In this document: piece after piece, positions 9,788 to 19,061 of the stretch | Layout: each line of letters begins with the position of its first letter | Numbering within the stretch: position 1 is the stretch's first letter | From: a virus | Virus record (IMG/VR): IMGVR_UViG_3300036766_000876 | Location: 30,300 to 94,299 of that record | Strand: one strand, 5' to 3' | DNA length: 64,000 bases | Notes under the pieces: generated by a model | What the model saw: the letters and a program-made list of their open reading frames with translations, nothing else | Databases searched by the model: none | What the model was told of the DNA's origin: nothing | Made by a program: the position numbers and the translations under genes

Positions 9788-10375
9788 TCAGCCCTCGCCG
9801 GCCTCTCCATAGGCGGCGAGGTTGGACACCACCTTGTCGCGGAGGTCGCGCACACGGGACACCACAGGCAGCGCGCGGAGCTTCTCGCACTCTGCGATGA
9901 TGGCCTCCACGTCGGAGGGCTTGAAGCCCTTGGACTTCATCACCCAGTCGAGGACCTCGATGAAACGCCCCGTCTTCGCCACCTTCTCCGGCACGCCCTC
10001 GATGGCGGGCGACGGCTGCGCCGCTGGAGCCGCCGACTCCGTCTCTGAAACCTTCTTGGCCCCCTGCCCCACCCACGGAGCGGCCTCCTGGACAGCCTCC
10101 TTGGGCGCAGAAGACAACGAAGGGCTCGTGGCCATGGCCTCTACCAGCGCACGTGGGCTCGCAGCAGCCCTTGGCACCTCGACCGTCGAGCCAGCAGCCG
10201 GCCCGCCCACGCGCACGGCCTGGATGGACTTCGAGGCGAGCTTCTCCAGCACCGCGTAGGCGTCCTCCAGGGAGAGCCCGCTGATGCTCAGCACTGGGGC
10301 GTCGTACCGGACCAGCCTCAGCCCGCCCATCACCTCAGCCTCGCCACCAAACTCCGTCACCTTCGTCAAAGCCAT
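9788..10375 (-). CDS. hypothetical protein
   Basis: 195 aa, GGAGG RBS, abuts the polymerase start. Confidence 0.7.
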   Translation of the reverse strand: MALTKVTEFGGEAEVMGGLRLVRYDAPVLSISGLSLEDAYAVLEKLASKSIQAVRVGGPAAGSTVEVPRAAASPRALVEAMATSPSLSSAPKEAVQEAAPWVGQGAKKVSETESAAPAAQPSPAIEGVPEKVAKTGRFIEVLDWVMKSKGFKPSDVEAIIAECEKLRALPVVSRVRDLRDKVVSNLAAYGEAGEG

Positions 10376-10414
10376 GTCGTCCAGCCTCCCCGGGGTTGAT
10401 TCCCCGCCTTCCCC

Positions 10415-10440
10415 CTTGCCCGGCTCGCTCCAGTTTTTCC
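10415..10440 (-). promoter_or_regulatory. putative phage promoter GGAAAA-N13-GGGCAAG (copy 2)
   Basis: Exact motif, intergenic. Confidence 0.65.
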
Positions 10441-10441
10441 C

Positions 10442-10831
10442 TCACGCCTTCCCGGTTGTGAACTGCGGGAACGTGAACGGCTCGTTGCCCCGCGGCTGCT
10501 CCTTCTGGCCCGTGTGGAAGACGTGCTCCTGCATCCACTCCTCGATGAGGCTCCTCACACCGTCCGGGGCCGCGTCGATGAGGTCCACCGCGTGCTGGCG
10601 GGAGCCGGCCTGGTGGAGCCCCTCCTCGATGTCGGAGAAGAGCTCCTCCAGGAGCTGGTCCACCAGCAGGTACACCGTCACGGTCGCGGAGAGCCGCGAG
10701 TCCTCCTTGGTGTTGCACGGGAGGTGGTACACCTCGCGGAGGGCTCGCTTGAGAGCATCAGCCACCTCCCCAACGTGGATGCCCCTTGGCTCCACCCGCT
10801 TCCTGCGCCGCTGCTCGGTCACGTCAGACAT
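10442..10831 (-). CDS. hypothetical protein
   Basis: ATG at 10831 with GGAGGAGG RBS. Confidence 0.65.
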   Translation of the reverse strand: MSDVTEQRRRKRVEPRGIHVGEVADALKRALREVYHLPCNTKEDSRLSATVTVYLLVDQLLEELFSDIEEGLHQAGSRQHAVDLIDAAPDGVRSLIEEWMQEHVFHTGQKEQPRGNEPFTFPQFTTGKA

Positions 10832-11670
10832 CTTCGCACCTCCTCCGCCAACCACGCCTTGTCCACTTCATCTGGGTCCTTCTTTGGTGGGAGCCGCACG
10901 CTCCCAGCCCGCTGCCCCTCCAGCCCCAGGCGCATCGCCAGGGCATCCCCCTCCTCCCATGCGTCCCCATCCAGGACGATGGCCACGGGCCGGGGGCAGT
11001 CGGCCAGGGCGAGGACCTGCGGCTCGCTGGGCTTCCCCAACAGGGCCACGGCGTCCGGCCAGAGCGCCAGCGCGTCGAGCACGCCCTCCACCACCATCAC
11101 CGGGCGCTCCGTCTGCTCGTTCAGCGCGGTGTGATTGTAGAGCAAGTTGGCCCGGTCCATCCGTGGCGGGTACAGGTACGGTGAGACAGCGAGCCCCGTC
11201 CAGTCGCGCGTGACGTACCCCTGCCACACGTTGTCTGGGGAGAGCACCGGCACCACGATGCGGTCCTTGTACCTGCCGGCGACACACGCCCCGACCTTGG
11301 CCTGCCTCCAGACGCCCTCGTCAACGAGCCCCCTGCCCAGGAGGTACTTCCGTGCCGGAGCCAGCGAGAGCGCCCCGCGCCCCTCCGCGCTGGCGAGCTC
11401 GTAGAAGCCCTCCGGCGCGCCCATGTCCGCCGGCCCATCGAGCTCCGGGCGCAGCTCAAACTCCTTCGCGTCGTAGCCCTCCAGGCGCCCGACAAGCCCA
11501 CACTTGAAGCAGCGGTACCAACCAGTCGCCGGGCTGAACGAGAAGCAACCTCGCCTGTCGGCCTTCCCAGTGCGGACGATGCACGCCAGGCAGATGCCGC
11601 GGACGTGCTCCCCACCTCCGTGGCAGGCACGCGCGGACTTCTCCGCCAGCTCTCGAACGTTGGACTTCAG
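10819..11670 (-). CDS. DNA primase (zinc finger plus Toprim), probable CTG start
   Basis: Toprim motifs VVEGVLDA, ALLGK, LDGD, KDPDE. The frame extends upstream of the track start through CLAC...WYRCFKC to CTG at 11670. Confidence 0.85.
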   Translation of the reverse strand: MKSNVRELAEKSARACHGGGEHVRGICLACIVRTGKADRRGCFSFSPATGWYRCFKCGLVGRLEGYDAKEFELRPELDGPADMGAPEGFYELASAEGRGALSLAPARKYLLGRGLVDEGVWRQAKVGACVAGRYKDRIVVPVLSPDNVWQGYVTRDWTGLAVSPYLYPPRMDRANLLYNHTALNEQTERPVMVVEGVLDALALWPDAVALLGKPSEPQVLALADCPRPVAIVLDGDAWEEGDALAMRLGLEGQRAGSVRLPPKKDPDEVDKAWLAEEVRRCLT

Positions 11671-11942
11671 ATGTCCTCCTCGTAGAGGACATCACCGCTG
11701 CACTCGAACGTGGCCCCGTGGCCAGTGCTGTAGGACTTGGCGAAACTGATGAGCCGCAACCGCTGGAGCGTCATGGGCGAGCCCCGCGACTGCTTGCTCG
11801 TCGAGCGGATGACGATGAAGCCCTGGCCCAAGCCCTCTTCGTCCATCCGGTCCGCCAGCAGGCGCTGGAGGTCCGCCGTCGAGAGCCCGGCCAGCCTGGC
11901 GACGGCATCGGCGCGGAGCTCGCTGTCGCGGCGTGGACTCAA
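11667..11942 (-). CDS. hypothetical protein
   Basis: 91 aa, overlaps both neighbours by 4 nt. Confidence 0.6.
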   Translation of the reverse strand: MSPRRDSELRADAVARLAGLSTADLQRLLADRMDEEGLGQGFIVIRSTSKQSRGSPMTLQRLRLISFAKSYSTGHGATFECSGDVLYEEDI

Positions 11943-13498
11943 AACGGGGCTGCCTCTCCACCAGCGTCTCCGCCGCCCGGCTCGTCGTCCTCATCATCAC
12001 CAGGCACTCGCATGGCGTTCTTCAGCCCCTTGTAGGCGTCGCTGACGGTGGCTCCCAGGAGGAGCGCAGCGGAGGCGGCAGCGCTCGCGGTCTTGACGTC
12101 CAGCGCGCCCGAGAGCGGGGTGAAGCCCACCAGCGGCGTGTGAGACGCAGGGAGGTGATGCGTGATGAGCGGGAGCGGCCGCCGGTCGATTGGGGCCACC
12201 TGGCCGCAGGCGAAGTTGGTGGGCACGGGCCCGGCCTTCTTGCGGCCCTCCCCGTAGCGAATCTTCGCCAGCCAGAAGGTCATCTCCTTCGTCTCGTCAT
12301 CGAGGTTGAGGGTGATGAACTGGTCCACCACGCGCGCCTTGTGCATGGAGTCGGCGGTGTGCTCCAGGTCAATCATCTTCCCCTTCTTCTCATCCCGGCC
12401 GCGGCTCTGGCTCGCTGTCAGACCCAGCTTCCGCTCCGCTTGGACGTGGATGCGCATCTTCTCGTAGACGACGCGCATCTCCTGGTACATGCCCTTCTCG
12501 TCCACCTTCCCGGTGGAGGTCAGCTTGTCGGCGTAGTCCACCACGAGCACGTCCACCCGCCTCCCAAGCCGCCGCTCGATTTCGCGCTCCCACTCGATGA
12601 GCATTTCCACGGTGGTGACGTGCGGCGCGAAGTCCTGCACGACGACGGGCGTCGGCTTGTACGCCCGGAGGCGCATGTCCACGGCCTTGTCGTCCGTGCC
12701 ACCGTACACCTCGTCGATGGTGAAGCCCGTCTGGTTGGCGTAGATGCGAGAGAGGACCTGCTCCGTCGGGAGCTCCAGCGTCGCGTAGGCCACCTGGAGG
12801 TTCCTCATGCTGAGCTGGCTGGCGATGTGGCTCAAGGTCATCGACTTGGCTCCACCAGCCGCCGCCATGAAGCACGTCAGCGTCCCCCATGGGACGCCTC
12901 CATTGAGGGACTCATCCAGCCCGGCCACGCCGAACTCGCACTTGGGCATCCCTCGGACACGGGCGATGGCAGCCAGCCCGGCATCCGGCGTGGCAACGAT
13001 GCCGATGCCGGCCTCACCCTTCCCGAGGGACTCCTCGCGCTGCATGATGGAGCGAAGCTGCTCCCAGTCCTCGGCGCCGTGCTCGTCAACGGCCGCCTGC
13101 GCAGCGGCGAAGCGCAGCCGCTTCCGGAGTACTGCCACCAGCTCCGCCTCGACCTCCTCCGCGTCTGGTGGGCGATCCACGTCGTCGTAGGCGTCGAAGA
13201 GCCCGGCGACGGAGCGCACGTCCTCCTCGGTCAGCTTGCCAGCCTCCCGGCGAGAGGCGACGTGGGCAATGACGACGGCGGAGCTCGACGGGCCCGCGCC
13301 TCGCTCCCGGAGGATGGTCTGCGCGCTCTCCAGAGCCAGCCTGCACTCCGGCTGCTTCAGGAGCTCCGGCCGGCACTCGTGCGCGGTGCGCGCCAGGAAG
13401 CGCGGCACCGTGCAGGCGAGGAAGGCTACGGCCCGCTCGAACTCCTTGGGCAGGTTGTACGGCGCGTCCTGTCGTCCAGCCTTCTTCTGTGGTGCCAA
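11939..13498 (-). CDS. DnaB/gp41-like replicative helicase
   Basis: GLDESLNGG, variant Walker A AAAGGAKS, TLEL, VLVVDYAD, TASQ, KIRYG. Confidence 0.85.
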   Translation of the reverse strand: MAPQKKAGRQDAPYNLPKEFERAVAFLACTVPRFLARTAHECRPELLKQPECRLALESAQTILRERGAGPSSSAVVIAHVASRREAGKLTEEDVRSVAGLFDAYDDVDRPPDAEEVEAELVAVLRKRLRFAAAQAAVDEHGAEDWEQLRSIMQREESLGKGEAGIGIVATPDAGLAAIARVRGMPKCEFGVAGLDESLNGGVPWGTLTCFMAAAGGAKSMTLSHIASQLSMRNLQVAYATLELPTEQVLSRIYANQTGFTIDEVYGGTDDKAVDMRLRAYKPTPVVVQDFAPHVTTVEMLIEWEREIERRLGRRVDVLVVDYADKLTSTGKVDEKGMYQEMRVVYEKMRIHVQAERKLGLTASQSRGRDEKKGKMIDLEHTADSMHKARVVDQFITLNLDDETKEMTFWLAKIRYGEGRKKAGPVPTNFACGQVAPIDRRPLPLITHHLPASHTPLVGFTPLSGALDVKTASAAASAALLLGATVSDAYKGLKNAMRVPGDDEDDEPGGGDAGGEAAPF

Positions 13499-13499
13499 G

Positions 13500-15311
13500 T
13501 CACTCCCTCAGGGCCTTTGGCAGTTGCCAGACCCAGCGGCCTTCGTTGATTCGCTCACGCACTACTTGCCCCACGCGCATCGAATTTTCCCGAGCAATCC
13601 GCCGCGCCTCGCTCGCCCCCTCCGGGAAGTGCGCAGCCACCAGGGGCTCGATGCTGGCCCGGTCCCGGAGCGGGAGCCCCAACACGTCGAGCATCAGCTT
13701 GCGGTAGCGGTCCCCGAACTCCTTGCCAGAGCGAGTCGGGATGAGCGCTGTCACCGAGTAGTCGCCGGCCGACTCCCGGAACATCCACCGGCCCTCTGTC
13801 AGCGTCTTGGGGGACAGGAGCATCTTCGTCTGCGGCACGAAGCGCTTCCTGGCGTTGGTGGGGAGCTTCGTCAGGATGCGGTCCAGCGCCCAAGCGACCC
13901 AGGCCCCAGGCCGGATGTCGTGCTCCAGGAAGACGTCCAGCGCGTCCTCGAAGTACTTCCGCGTCTCGCCGGCCATGCGGATGGGGCGGCACCTCCCGAC
14001 ACGGGACTCCACGGCTGAGCGGTACCACTTGGCGCAGAAGGCGAGCTGTGCGTCCCTCACCTTGTCCTCCGGGATGTCCTCGTACGTGGGCACCTTCGGG
14101 GGTGGTGGTAGCTGCGAGCACGTCTCGTCAGCGGTGGGGTGAGGAGGCAGCCCGTTGAGCCCCGGCAGGGTGACTCCGGGGAACGGGCCCGAGAAGGCCC
14201 CGAGGGCCTCTAGACGAGCGCGGGTGGCTGGGGTGCCGCCCTCCCCCACCTTGGGGGTTGAAAACAGCGAGGCGGGCCTCTCGCGGCCTTCCGGCAGGAC
14301 TTCGCGGAGGGAGGTAGCGGCCGGCTTCTTGAGCTTTGGAGCCTTCTTGGGTGCCACGTTGGGGGCCTCTTCCGTTGAACTTTGAAGGGTGCACGCGGCG
14401 GGCTGTTTCGCCGCGTGCGTTCCCGAGCGAAGCGAGGGAACAAGCTCCTTAGAGACTTGTAGAGGGTAACTACTTAGGGGCGCCTCTTGATCGTGCCCCA
14501 GTTCGGCGCCTCTATCGTGGCCTGTCGGATTCAAAACGGCCTCGAACTTTTGGTGCTTTTCTTCGGCGCCGACTTGGCGTGGGTCCACCCAGTTCTCCTT
14601 GGCTCCTTTCTGGATGTTCGCTCGCGCGGGGAGCCATTGGTGGTTCTCCGGGCGCATGGCCTCAAGGACGTGAGCCTGTTGTGTGAGGTCGAACCTGGCC
14701 AATGGCTTCACATGGTCGATGTGCCAAGCGGAGCGTTCCCCGGGGCACGGTCCGAGCGCCTCGCAGATCGCCTGGTAACTGAAGCCGTGAATGTCGTCGA
14801 AAGCAGGCCTAGCTTTGCCGCTGGTGGCCCAGCTCCGGAAGGCGTTCGCCAGGTTCGCTCTGAGGCGCCGCGCAACTTCCTCTGAGGCGGTAGACTGGAT
14901 TTTTTTGACGCCAGCACCCTCCCGTTTCCCACCGTGGTTCCGGCTGATTGGGAGCTTCATCACCGTTCCCCAGGTGTCTGTGGGGACGAGGACGTGCTCG
15001 CGGCCGGCCCACGCGCCTCGCACCTCCCGGACGTACACGCGGATGGGTGCGCCGGAGTCCTGCCTCTTCCAGACGAAGCCGAGGTCCCTCACCAGCCCCG
15101 CCTCCCGGAGGCGCATCAGGGCCCGCTGAGCGGTGCGCCGCTTGAGCTTGGAGAAGCCCTTGGCCCGGCAGATGCCTGGCACCGTGGCGGTGACGGTGCC
15201 GTAGTAGTCCCTCAGCCGGCAGAGGTAGCTCCACACCTGCACCGCCACGTCCCCCAAGCGGAGCTCGAAGCTCCTCCGCGGGATGCGCGCGTCCCCAACG
15301 AGGGAGCTCAA
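13500..15311 (-). CDS. putative replication initiator: N-terminal wHTH with internal HNH-like domain
   Basis: N-terminal HTH (KRRTAQRALMRLREAGLV); internal WHIDHVKPL...ENHQWLPARANIQKG; directly upstream of the DnaB-like gene; TTG start overlaps the SF2 helicase stop. Confidence 0.6.
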   Translation of the reverse strand: MSSLVGDARIPRRSFELRLGDVAVQVWSYLCRLRDYYGTVTATVPGICRAKGFSKLKRRTAQRALMRLREAGLVRDLGFVWKRQDSGAPIRVYVREVRGAWAGREHVLVPTDTWGTVMKLPISRNHGGKREGAGVKKIQSTASEEVARRLRANLANAFRSWATSGKARPAFDDIHGFSYQAICEALGPCPGERSAWHIDHVKPLARFDLTQQAHVLEAMRPENHQWLPARANIQKGAKENWVDPRQVGAEEKHQKFEAVLNPTGHDRGAELGHDQEAPLSSYPLQVSKELVPSLRSGTHAAKQPAACTLQSSTEEAPNVAPKKAPKLKKPAATSLREVLPEGRERPASLFSTPKVGEGGTPATRARLEALGAFSGPFPGVTLPGLNGLPPHPTADETCSQLPPPPKVPTYEDIPEDKVRDAQLAFCAKWYRSAVESRVGRCRPIRMAGETRKYFEDALDVFLEHDIRPGAWVAWALDRILTKLPTNARKRFVPQTKMLLSPKTLTEGRWMFRESAGDYSVTALIPTRSGKEFGDRYRKLMLDVLGLPLRDRASIEPLVAAHFPEGASEARRIARENSMRVGQVVRERINEGRWVWQLPKALRE

Positions 15312-16762
15312 GGCGCCCCCAGTGGCAGCGCCCGCTGTTGGCTGTCCGTAGGAGCGGAGGGCACCAGGCTGACGACGGACACCTGGAACTTCTCCCGCTG
15401 GTAGGCGAGCCGGCGAGCCTTGGCGTGGCGCTCCAGCCAGGCCTCCCCCTCGTCCGCCACGTCCCACACCTCGAAGGTGTCCTTGCCGTCGGAGCGCCGC
15501 ATGCCGCGGCCGATCCGCTGGAGGGCCGCGATGACGCTCTTCCCGCCCGAGGCAACAACAACGGAGCGGAGCTCAGGGATGTCCACACCCTCCTGGAAGA
15601 TGACGCTGCTCACCAGCACCTCGGTGTCTCCGCGCAGCAGCCGGCGCACAGCGTCCTTCCGGGCCTGGAGGCTGGCGTCCCCCCAGATGAAGTCGCTGCG
15701 GAGGCTCCTGGCCTTGAGGGCCCTGTCGAACGCCTTGCCATGGAGAATCTCCTTCACGAAGACGAGGCATGGCTTCTCCGCCCGCGCCACGGCTGCCAGC
15801 AGCGCCCGGTTCCGCTGGAGGCTCCGCACCACGCCCTCGTCGTACACCTTGTTCCACTTCCAGCGCCGGATGAGCCCGTGTTGGTCCACCTGGCGGAACT
15901 CCTGCTTCACCTTCACCATCTTGATGAGGGGCTTCGCCAGGTAGCCTGCCTTGATGAGGCTGTCCGCGCGGTGCTCGTAGATGACGGGCCCAAGGCTCGC
16001 CACGGCGAACACCCCGCGCTTGTCCTCCCTGTCGAGCGGCGTGGCGCTGATGCCCAGGCGGAGGCGCGCGTTGGGCAGCGCCATCGACACCTCGTAGTAG
16101 CTAGCCGCCGGCAACGTGTGGGCCTCGTCCACGATGAGGCCCGTCCACGCCTTGAAGGACGCCAGGTGCTTCCCCTTCTTCAGTGCGGAGGAGAGGCTCT
16201 GGAAGGTGGCACAGGTGAAGTGCGCCTCCTCGTTCCAGGCCCCCTCCCCGATGCGCCCGGCCTTGTTGCCGGTGAGGGCCTCGTACCGCTCCGCCGCTTG
16301 CTCCATCAGGGTGGCCCTGTGGGCGAGGAAGAGCCAGCGCACCGTCGGGAAGCGCTGCGCGATGGCAACGGCCACGTTCGTCTTCCCGCCGCCAGTGGCA
16401 ATCTGGATGATGCCGCGCTCCAACCGCACGGCCACCGTCTCCGCGTCGAGCTGGTAGCCACGCGCCGTCGAGCCGTCGGCCGTCAGTGGCGACGGGATGG
16501 CCACTGGGCCAGGGCCCCGCCCGTCGATGACTTGCGCCTGGATGCCGCACGCCCTGGCGCTCTCCATCACGCCGGGGAGGAAGCCGGCCGGGAAGGTGCT
16601 CTCCAACAGGTCGTAGAAGCGGACCCGGTCCACCTCCCCCTTGGCGAAGAGGCCTCGCTTGTCGCTGAAGGTGAGCCCGCTGTCCTTGCTCCGCAGCCAC
16701 TCCACCTCCTCGTCGGAGGCGCGCGTCACCTTCACGTTCAGGTTGCCCTTGGTCAGCCACAT
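15308..16762 (-). CDS. superfamily 2 helicase (UvsW-like)
   Basis: ATGGGKT, DEAH, SAT, EGVDIP, QRIGRGMR. Confidence 0.9.
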   Translation of the reverse strand: MWLTKGNLNVKVTRASDEEVEWLRSKDSGLTFSDKRGLFAKGEVDRVRFYDLLESTFPAGFLPGVMESARACGIQAQVIDGRGPGPVAIPSPLTADGSTARGYQLDAETVAVRLERGIIQIATGGGKTNVAVAIAQRFPTVRWLFLAHRATLMEQAAERYEALTGNKAGRIGEGAWNEEAHFTCATFQSLSSALKKGKHLASFKAWTGLIVDEAHTLPAASYYEVSMALPNARLRLGISATPLDREDKRGVFAVASLGPVIYEHRADSLIKAGYLAKPLIKMVKVKQEFRQVDQHGLIRRWKWNKVYDEGVVRSLQRNRALLAAVARAEKPCLVFVKEILHGKAFDRALKARSLRSDFIWGDASLQARKDAVRRLLRGDTEVLVSSVIFQEGVDIPELRSVVVASGGKSVIAALQRIGRGMRRSDGKDTFEVWDVADEGEAWLERHAKARRLAYQREKFQVSVVSLVPSAPTDSQQRALPLGAP

Positions 16763-16774
16763 GACAGCACCCCT

Positions 16775-16800
16775 CTTGCCCCCAGCGTTGCCCCTTTACC
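16775..16800 (-). promoter_or_regulatory. putative phage promoter GGTAAA-N13-GGGCAAG (copy 3)
   Basis: Motif ends 12 nt before the helicase ATG. Confidence 0.65.
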
Positions 16801-16999
16801 GCTTCCATCCATCCGGCCGCCGCCCGTCGAGCCGTACCGGCTTGGCGATCGGCCTCTGCCACACCTCCCTCGCCAGCGCCTTCTTGAGGTACCAGATGGA
16901 GTCCTGGAGCTCGTCGCGCCCAGCCAGTCTCCTGGCAGCGTCCTCTGCGGCCTTCCGCTGGAGCACCTCCTTGCTGTACCCAAGGAGGGCCCGCTTCAC
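16796..16999 (-). CDS. small hypothetical protein
   Basis: GTG at 16999 overlaps the HTH gene stop. Confidence 0.5.
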   Translation of the reverse strand: MKRALLGYSKEVLQRKAAEDAARRLAGRDELQDSIWYLKKALAREVWQRPIAKPVRLDGRRPDGWKR

Positions 17000-17220
17000 G
17001 CCTGGCTGCCCATCATTCGGGCCGCCTCCGGGCTGGTCTGCTTCAGGTAGGCGACGACGCTCCGCCACTCAACCCAGTGGGCGGCACCGAGGCGCTCCCC
17101 ATGGACGGCACCAGCCTTAATCCAGTTGTAGATGGTCGGGAGGGTGAGCCCCAGGCGCGCGGCCACCTCCTTGGCGGGCACGTACCCCTTGGCGCGTAGC
17201 TTGTCCTTGATGTTGAGCAT
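16996..17220 (-). CDS. MerR/excisionase-type HTH DNA-binding protein
   Basis: AKEVAARLGLTLPTIYNWIKAG. Confidence 0.8.
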   Translation of the reverse strand: MLNIKDKLRAKGYVPAKEVAARLGLTLPTIYNWIKAGAVHGERLGAAHWVEWRSVVAYLKQTSPEAARMMGSQA

Positions 17221-17891
17221 CAGCTTGCCTCCTTGCGCTTCGTGTCTTCCCCGAGGAGCACCATCAGCCCCGCGGCCATGTCTCCGCCCTTGCCCGCCGC
17301 CCTGCGCAGGCCCTTCTTGGCGCGCAGGAAGTCCGCCCGCGCGGTGAACTCCAGCTCCAGGAGGAATGGCTTCGTTGGCGCGTCCTCCGCTTGGTAGTCC
17401 TCGGCGGAGGGCACGGCCATGTCCGGCGAGAGAGCGGCATCGACGTCCTGGCTGACCGCCCCCATCAGGTCCCTCACCTCGTCCTCGTTGAAGCCCGTCA
17501 CGGTGAGCTGCTCCGTGCTCCAGCCGGCCTCAGCGAGCTCCTTGAGGATGCTCCCCACCATCGTCAAGTCCGGCTCCCCGCGGAGGTTGTTCATCCCCAC
17601 GCGGAGGGCCCGCTCCTCGTCCTCCGTCCCACTGGCCACGACGCAGGGCACCTCCCCCATGCCCAGCTTCCGCGCGGCCAGGAGGCGGTGGTGCCCGTCC
17701 ACCACGGAGAACAGAGTCTCCCCGTGGCGCTCCGCGCCCTTCAGCGGGCGCACCAGCAACGGCTGGAGGAAGCCGAACCGCTGGATGGCCAGGACGAGCA
17801 GGTCGAACTTCTCCGTGCTCATCTGGTTGGGGTTGTCCTGCGCCGGCTGGAGGAGCTCCACCCGGATGTTCCTGCTGACGACGTTGCTCAT
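17220..17891 (-). CDS. ParB/Srx-like domain protein
   Basis: NPNQM, IQRFGFLQPLLV, VVDGHHRLLAA, NNLRG. Confidence 0.85.
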   Translation of the reverse strand: MSNVVSRNIRVELLQPAQDNPNQMSTEKFDLLVLAIQRFGFLQPLLVRPLKGAERHGETLFSVVDGHHRLLAARKLGMGEVPCVVASGTEDEERALRVGMNNLRGEPDLTMVGSILKELAEAGWSTEQLTVTGFNEDEVRDLMGAVSQDVDAALSPDMAVPSAEDYQAEDAPTKPFLLELEFTARADFLRAKKGLRRAAGKGGDMAAGLMVLLGEDTKRKEAS

Positions 17892-18436
17892 CGTATCTCC
17901 TCGTACAGCGCTTGCGCCTCGCTGCTGCGCCGGGCTCGTCGGGTCATCTCCTTGCGGGCCCGGTACACCTCTGCCACGGGCACCGCCGCCTGGCGAGCGA
18001 GCTCGCTGGAGGTCACCAACCCCAGGGCCGCCGCCAGGCCCAGCTTCCCCTCTGTCGGGTCGAGCGGCCGCAGCACGTCGTAGACACGCTCCGCGAGCTG
18101 TCTGTCCTCCGCGAGGGAGGCCGGCGAGGGAGCGGTGGCGGCGAGTGTGTACAGCGGGTCTTCTCCGAGCGCTGTTGGGCAGGCGCGCTCCAACCCGTGC
18201 TGGGCCCTGTTGCAGACCCTGTCATCTCGGATTTCCCACCAGTGGCGCTGGACGCCCTTCAGGACGGCTCTGTAGCAGTAGGTCTTGAAGGGCCCCTTGT
18301 CCGGGTCGTACGTCTGACGTGCATCGAGGACGACGAGGACGGCCTGTTGGAGTAGGTCCTGCGCCACGTACCGAGCGATGGGCCTGCGCCGAAGGAAGTA
18401 CTGCGTCGCTGCCTGGGCAATCTCCATGTCTTCCAT
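17888..18436 (-). CDS. phage sigma70-family sigma factor
   Basis: Region 2-like QDLLQQAVLVVLDARQTYDPDKGPFKTYCY; region 4-like HTH TSSELARQAAVPVAEVYR. Confidence 0.75.
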   Translation of the reverse strand: MEDMEIAQAATQYFLRRRPIARYVAQDLLQQAVLVVLDARQTYDPDKGPFKTYCYRAVLKGVQRHWWEIRDDRVCNRAQHGLERACPTALGEDPLYTLAATAPSPASLAEDRQLAERVYDVLRPLDPTEGKLGLAAALGLVTSSELARQAAVPVAEVYRARKEMTRRARRSSEAQALYEEIR

Positions 18437-18486
18437 TTTTGTTTTCCCTTCCCCTTTGTTTTCTTACACGATTTTCGGAGCACAGG

Positions 18487-19047
18487 CTACGGCGTTCCAG
18501 GGCCTCGCTGGAGCAGGGGGGAGCCGGTGAGGCTTGCCCCGGCCAACAGCGCCTTCCGGCGCGTGAGGCTCTTAGACGCCTCGCGAATCCGAGCCACGAC
18601 GACACGGTCGTCCCGCCTGTCAGAAAGGAGCACGCTCTCGATGGCGAGCAACGCCCAGAGCGGCGTCCAGGCCTCGTTGGGTACGTGGCCCCAACGGATT
18701 GGCGGCCTCTGGAGCGGCGCCTTGGCCTCTGCGATGCGGGCGAGCTTCCACCCATCGCCTACCTGACCCCAACCGCGACGCTTCATCTTCAGGCGCCACC
18801 TGGCAGTCTGCGCCTCCGGCGAAGTCCGCCGCCCCTCCCGGGTGTCAGAGCCGATGTTGAGCTTGGGCTTGGCGATGTTGGGGTACTCCTTGTCCATCAG
18901 GGCGAGGAGGCGCCTGGCCTGGAGGCGCACCTCATGCCGGGCGTTCCCCCTGGCGATGCGCCCCTGCTCCTTGTCGAGCCTCCCCAGGTTCACCGCCATG
19001 GCGCGGACCAGCCCCCGGAACTGTGGGTCGTACGATGCCAACCTCAT
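18487..19047 (-). CDS. basic hypothetical protein
   Basis: ATG at 19047 with GAGGAG RBS. Confidence 0.65.
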   Translation of the reverse strand: MRLASYDPQFRGLVRAMAVNLGRLDKEQGRIARGNARHEVRLQARRLLALMDKEYPNIAKPKLNIGSDTREGRRTSPEAQTARWRLKMKRRGWGQVGDGWKLARIAEAKAPLQRPPIRWGHVPNEAWTPLWALLAIESVLLSDRRDDRVVVARIREASKSLTRRKALLAGASLTGSPLLQRGPGTP

Positions 19048-19061
19048 GGTGCTTCTCCTCT

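Noticed and set aside
14590-14900. HNH segment as an intein or group I intron
   Set aside because: No C/S...HN-C/S/T splice junction was recognised, the reading frame is continuous, and no intron core was seen.
16996-17220. HTH gene as an excisionase proving a prophage
   Set aside because: No integrase, att site or host genes in the window; the fold is a generic DNA-binding domain, so lifestyle is undetermined.
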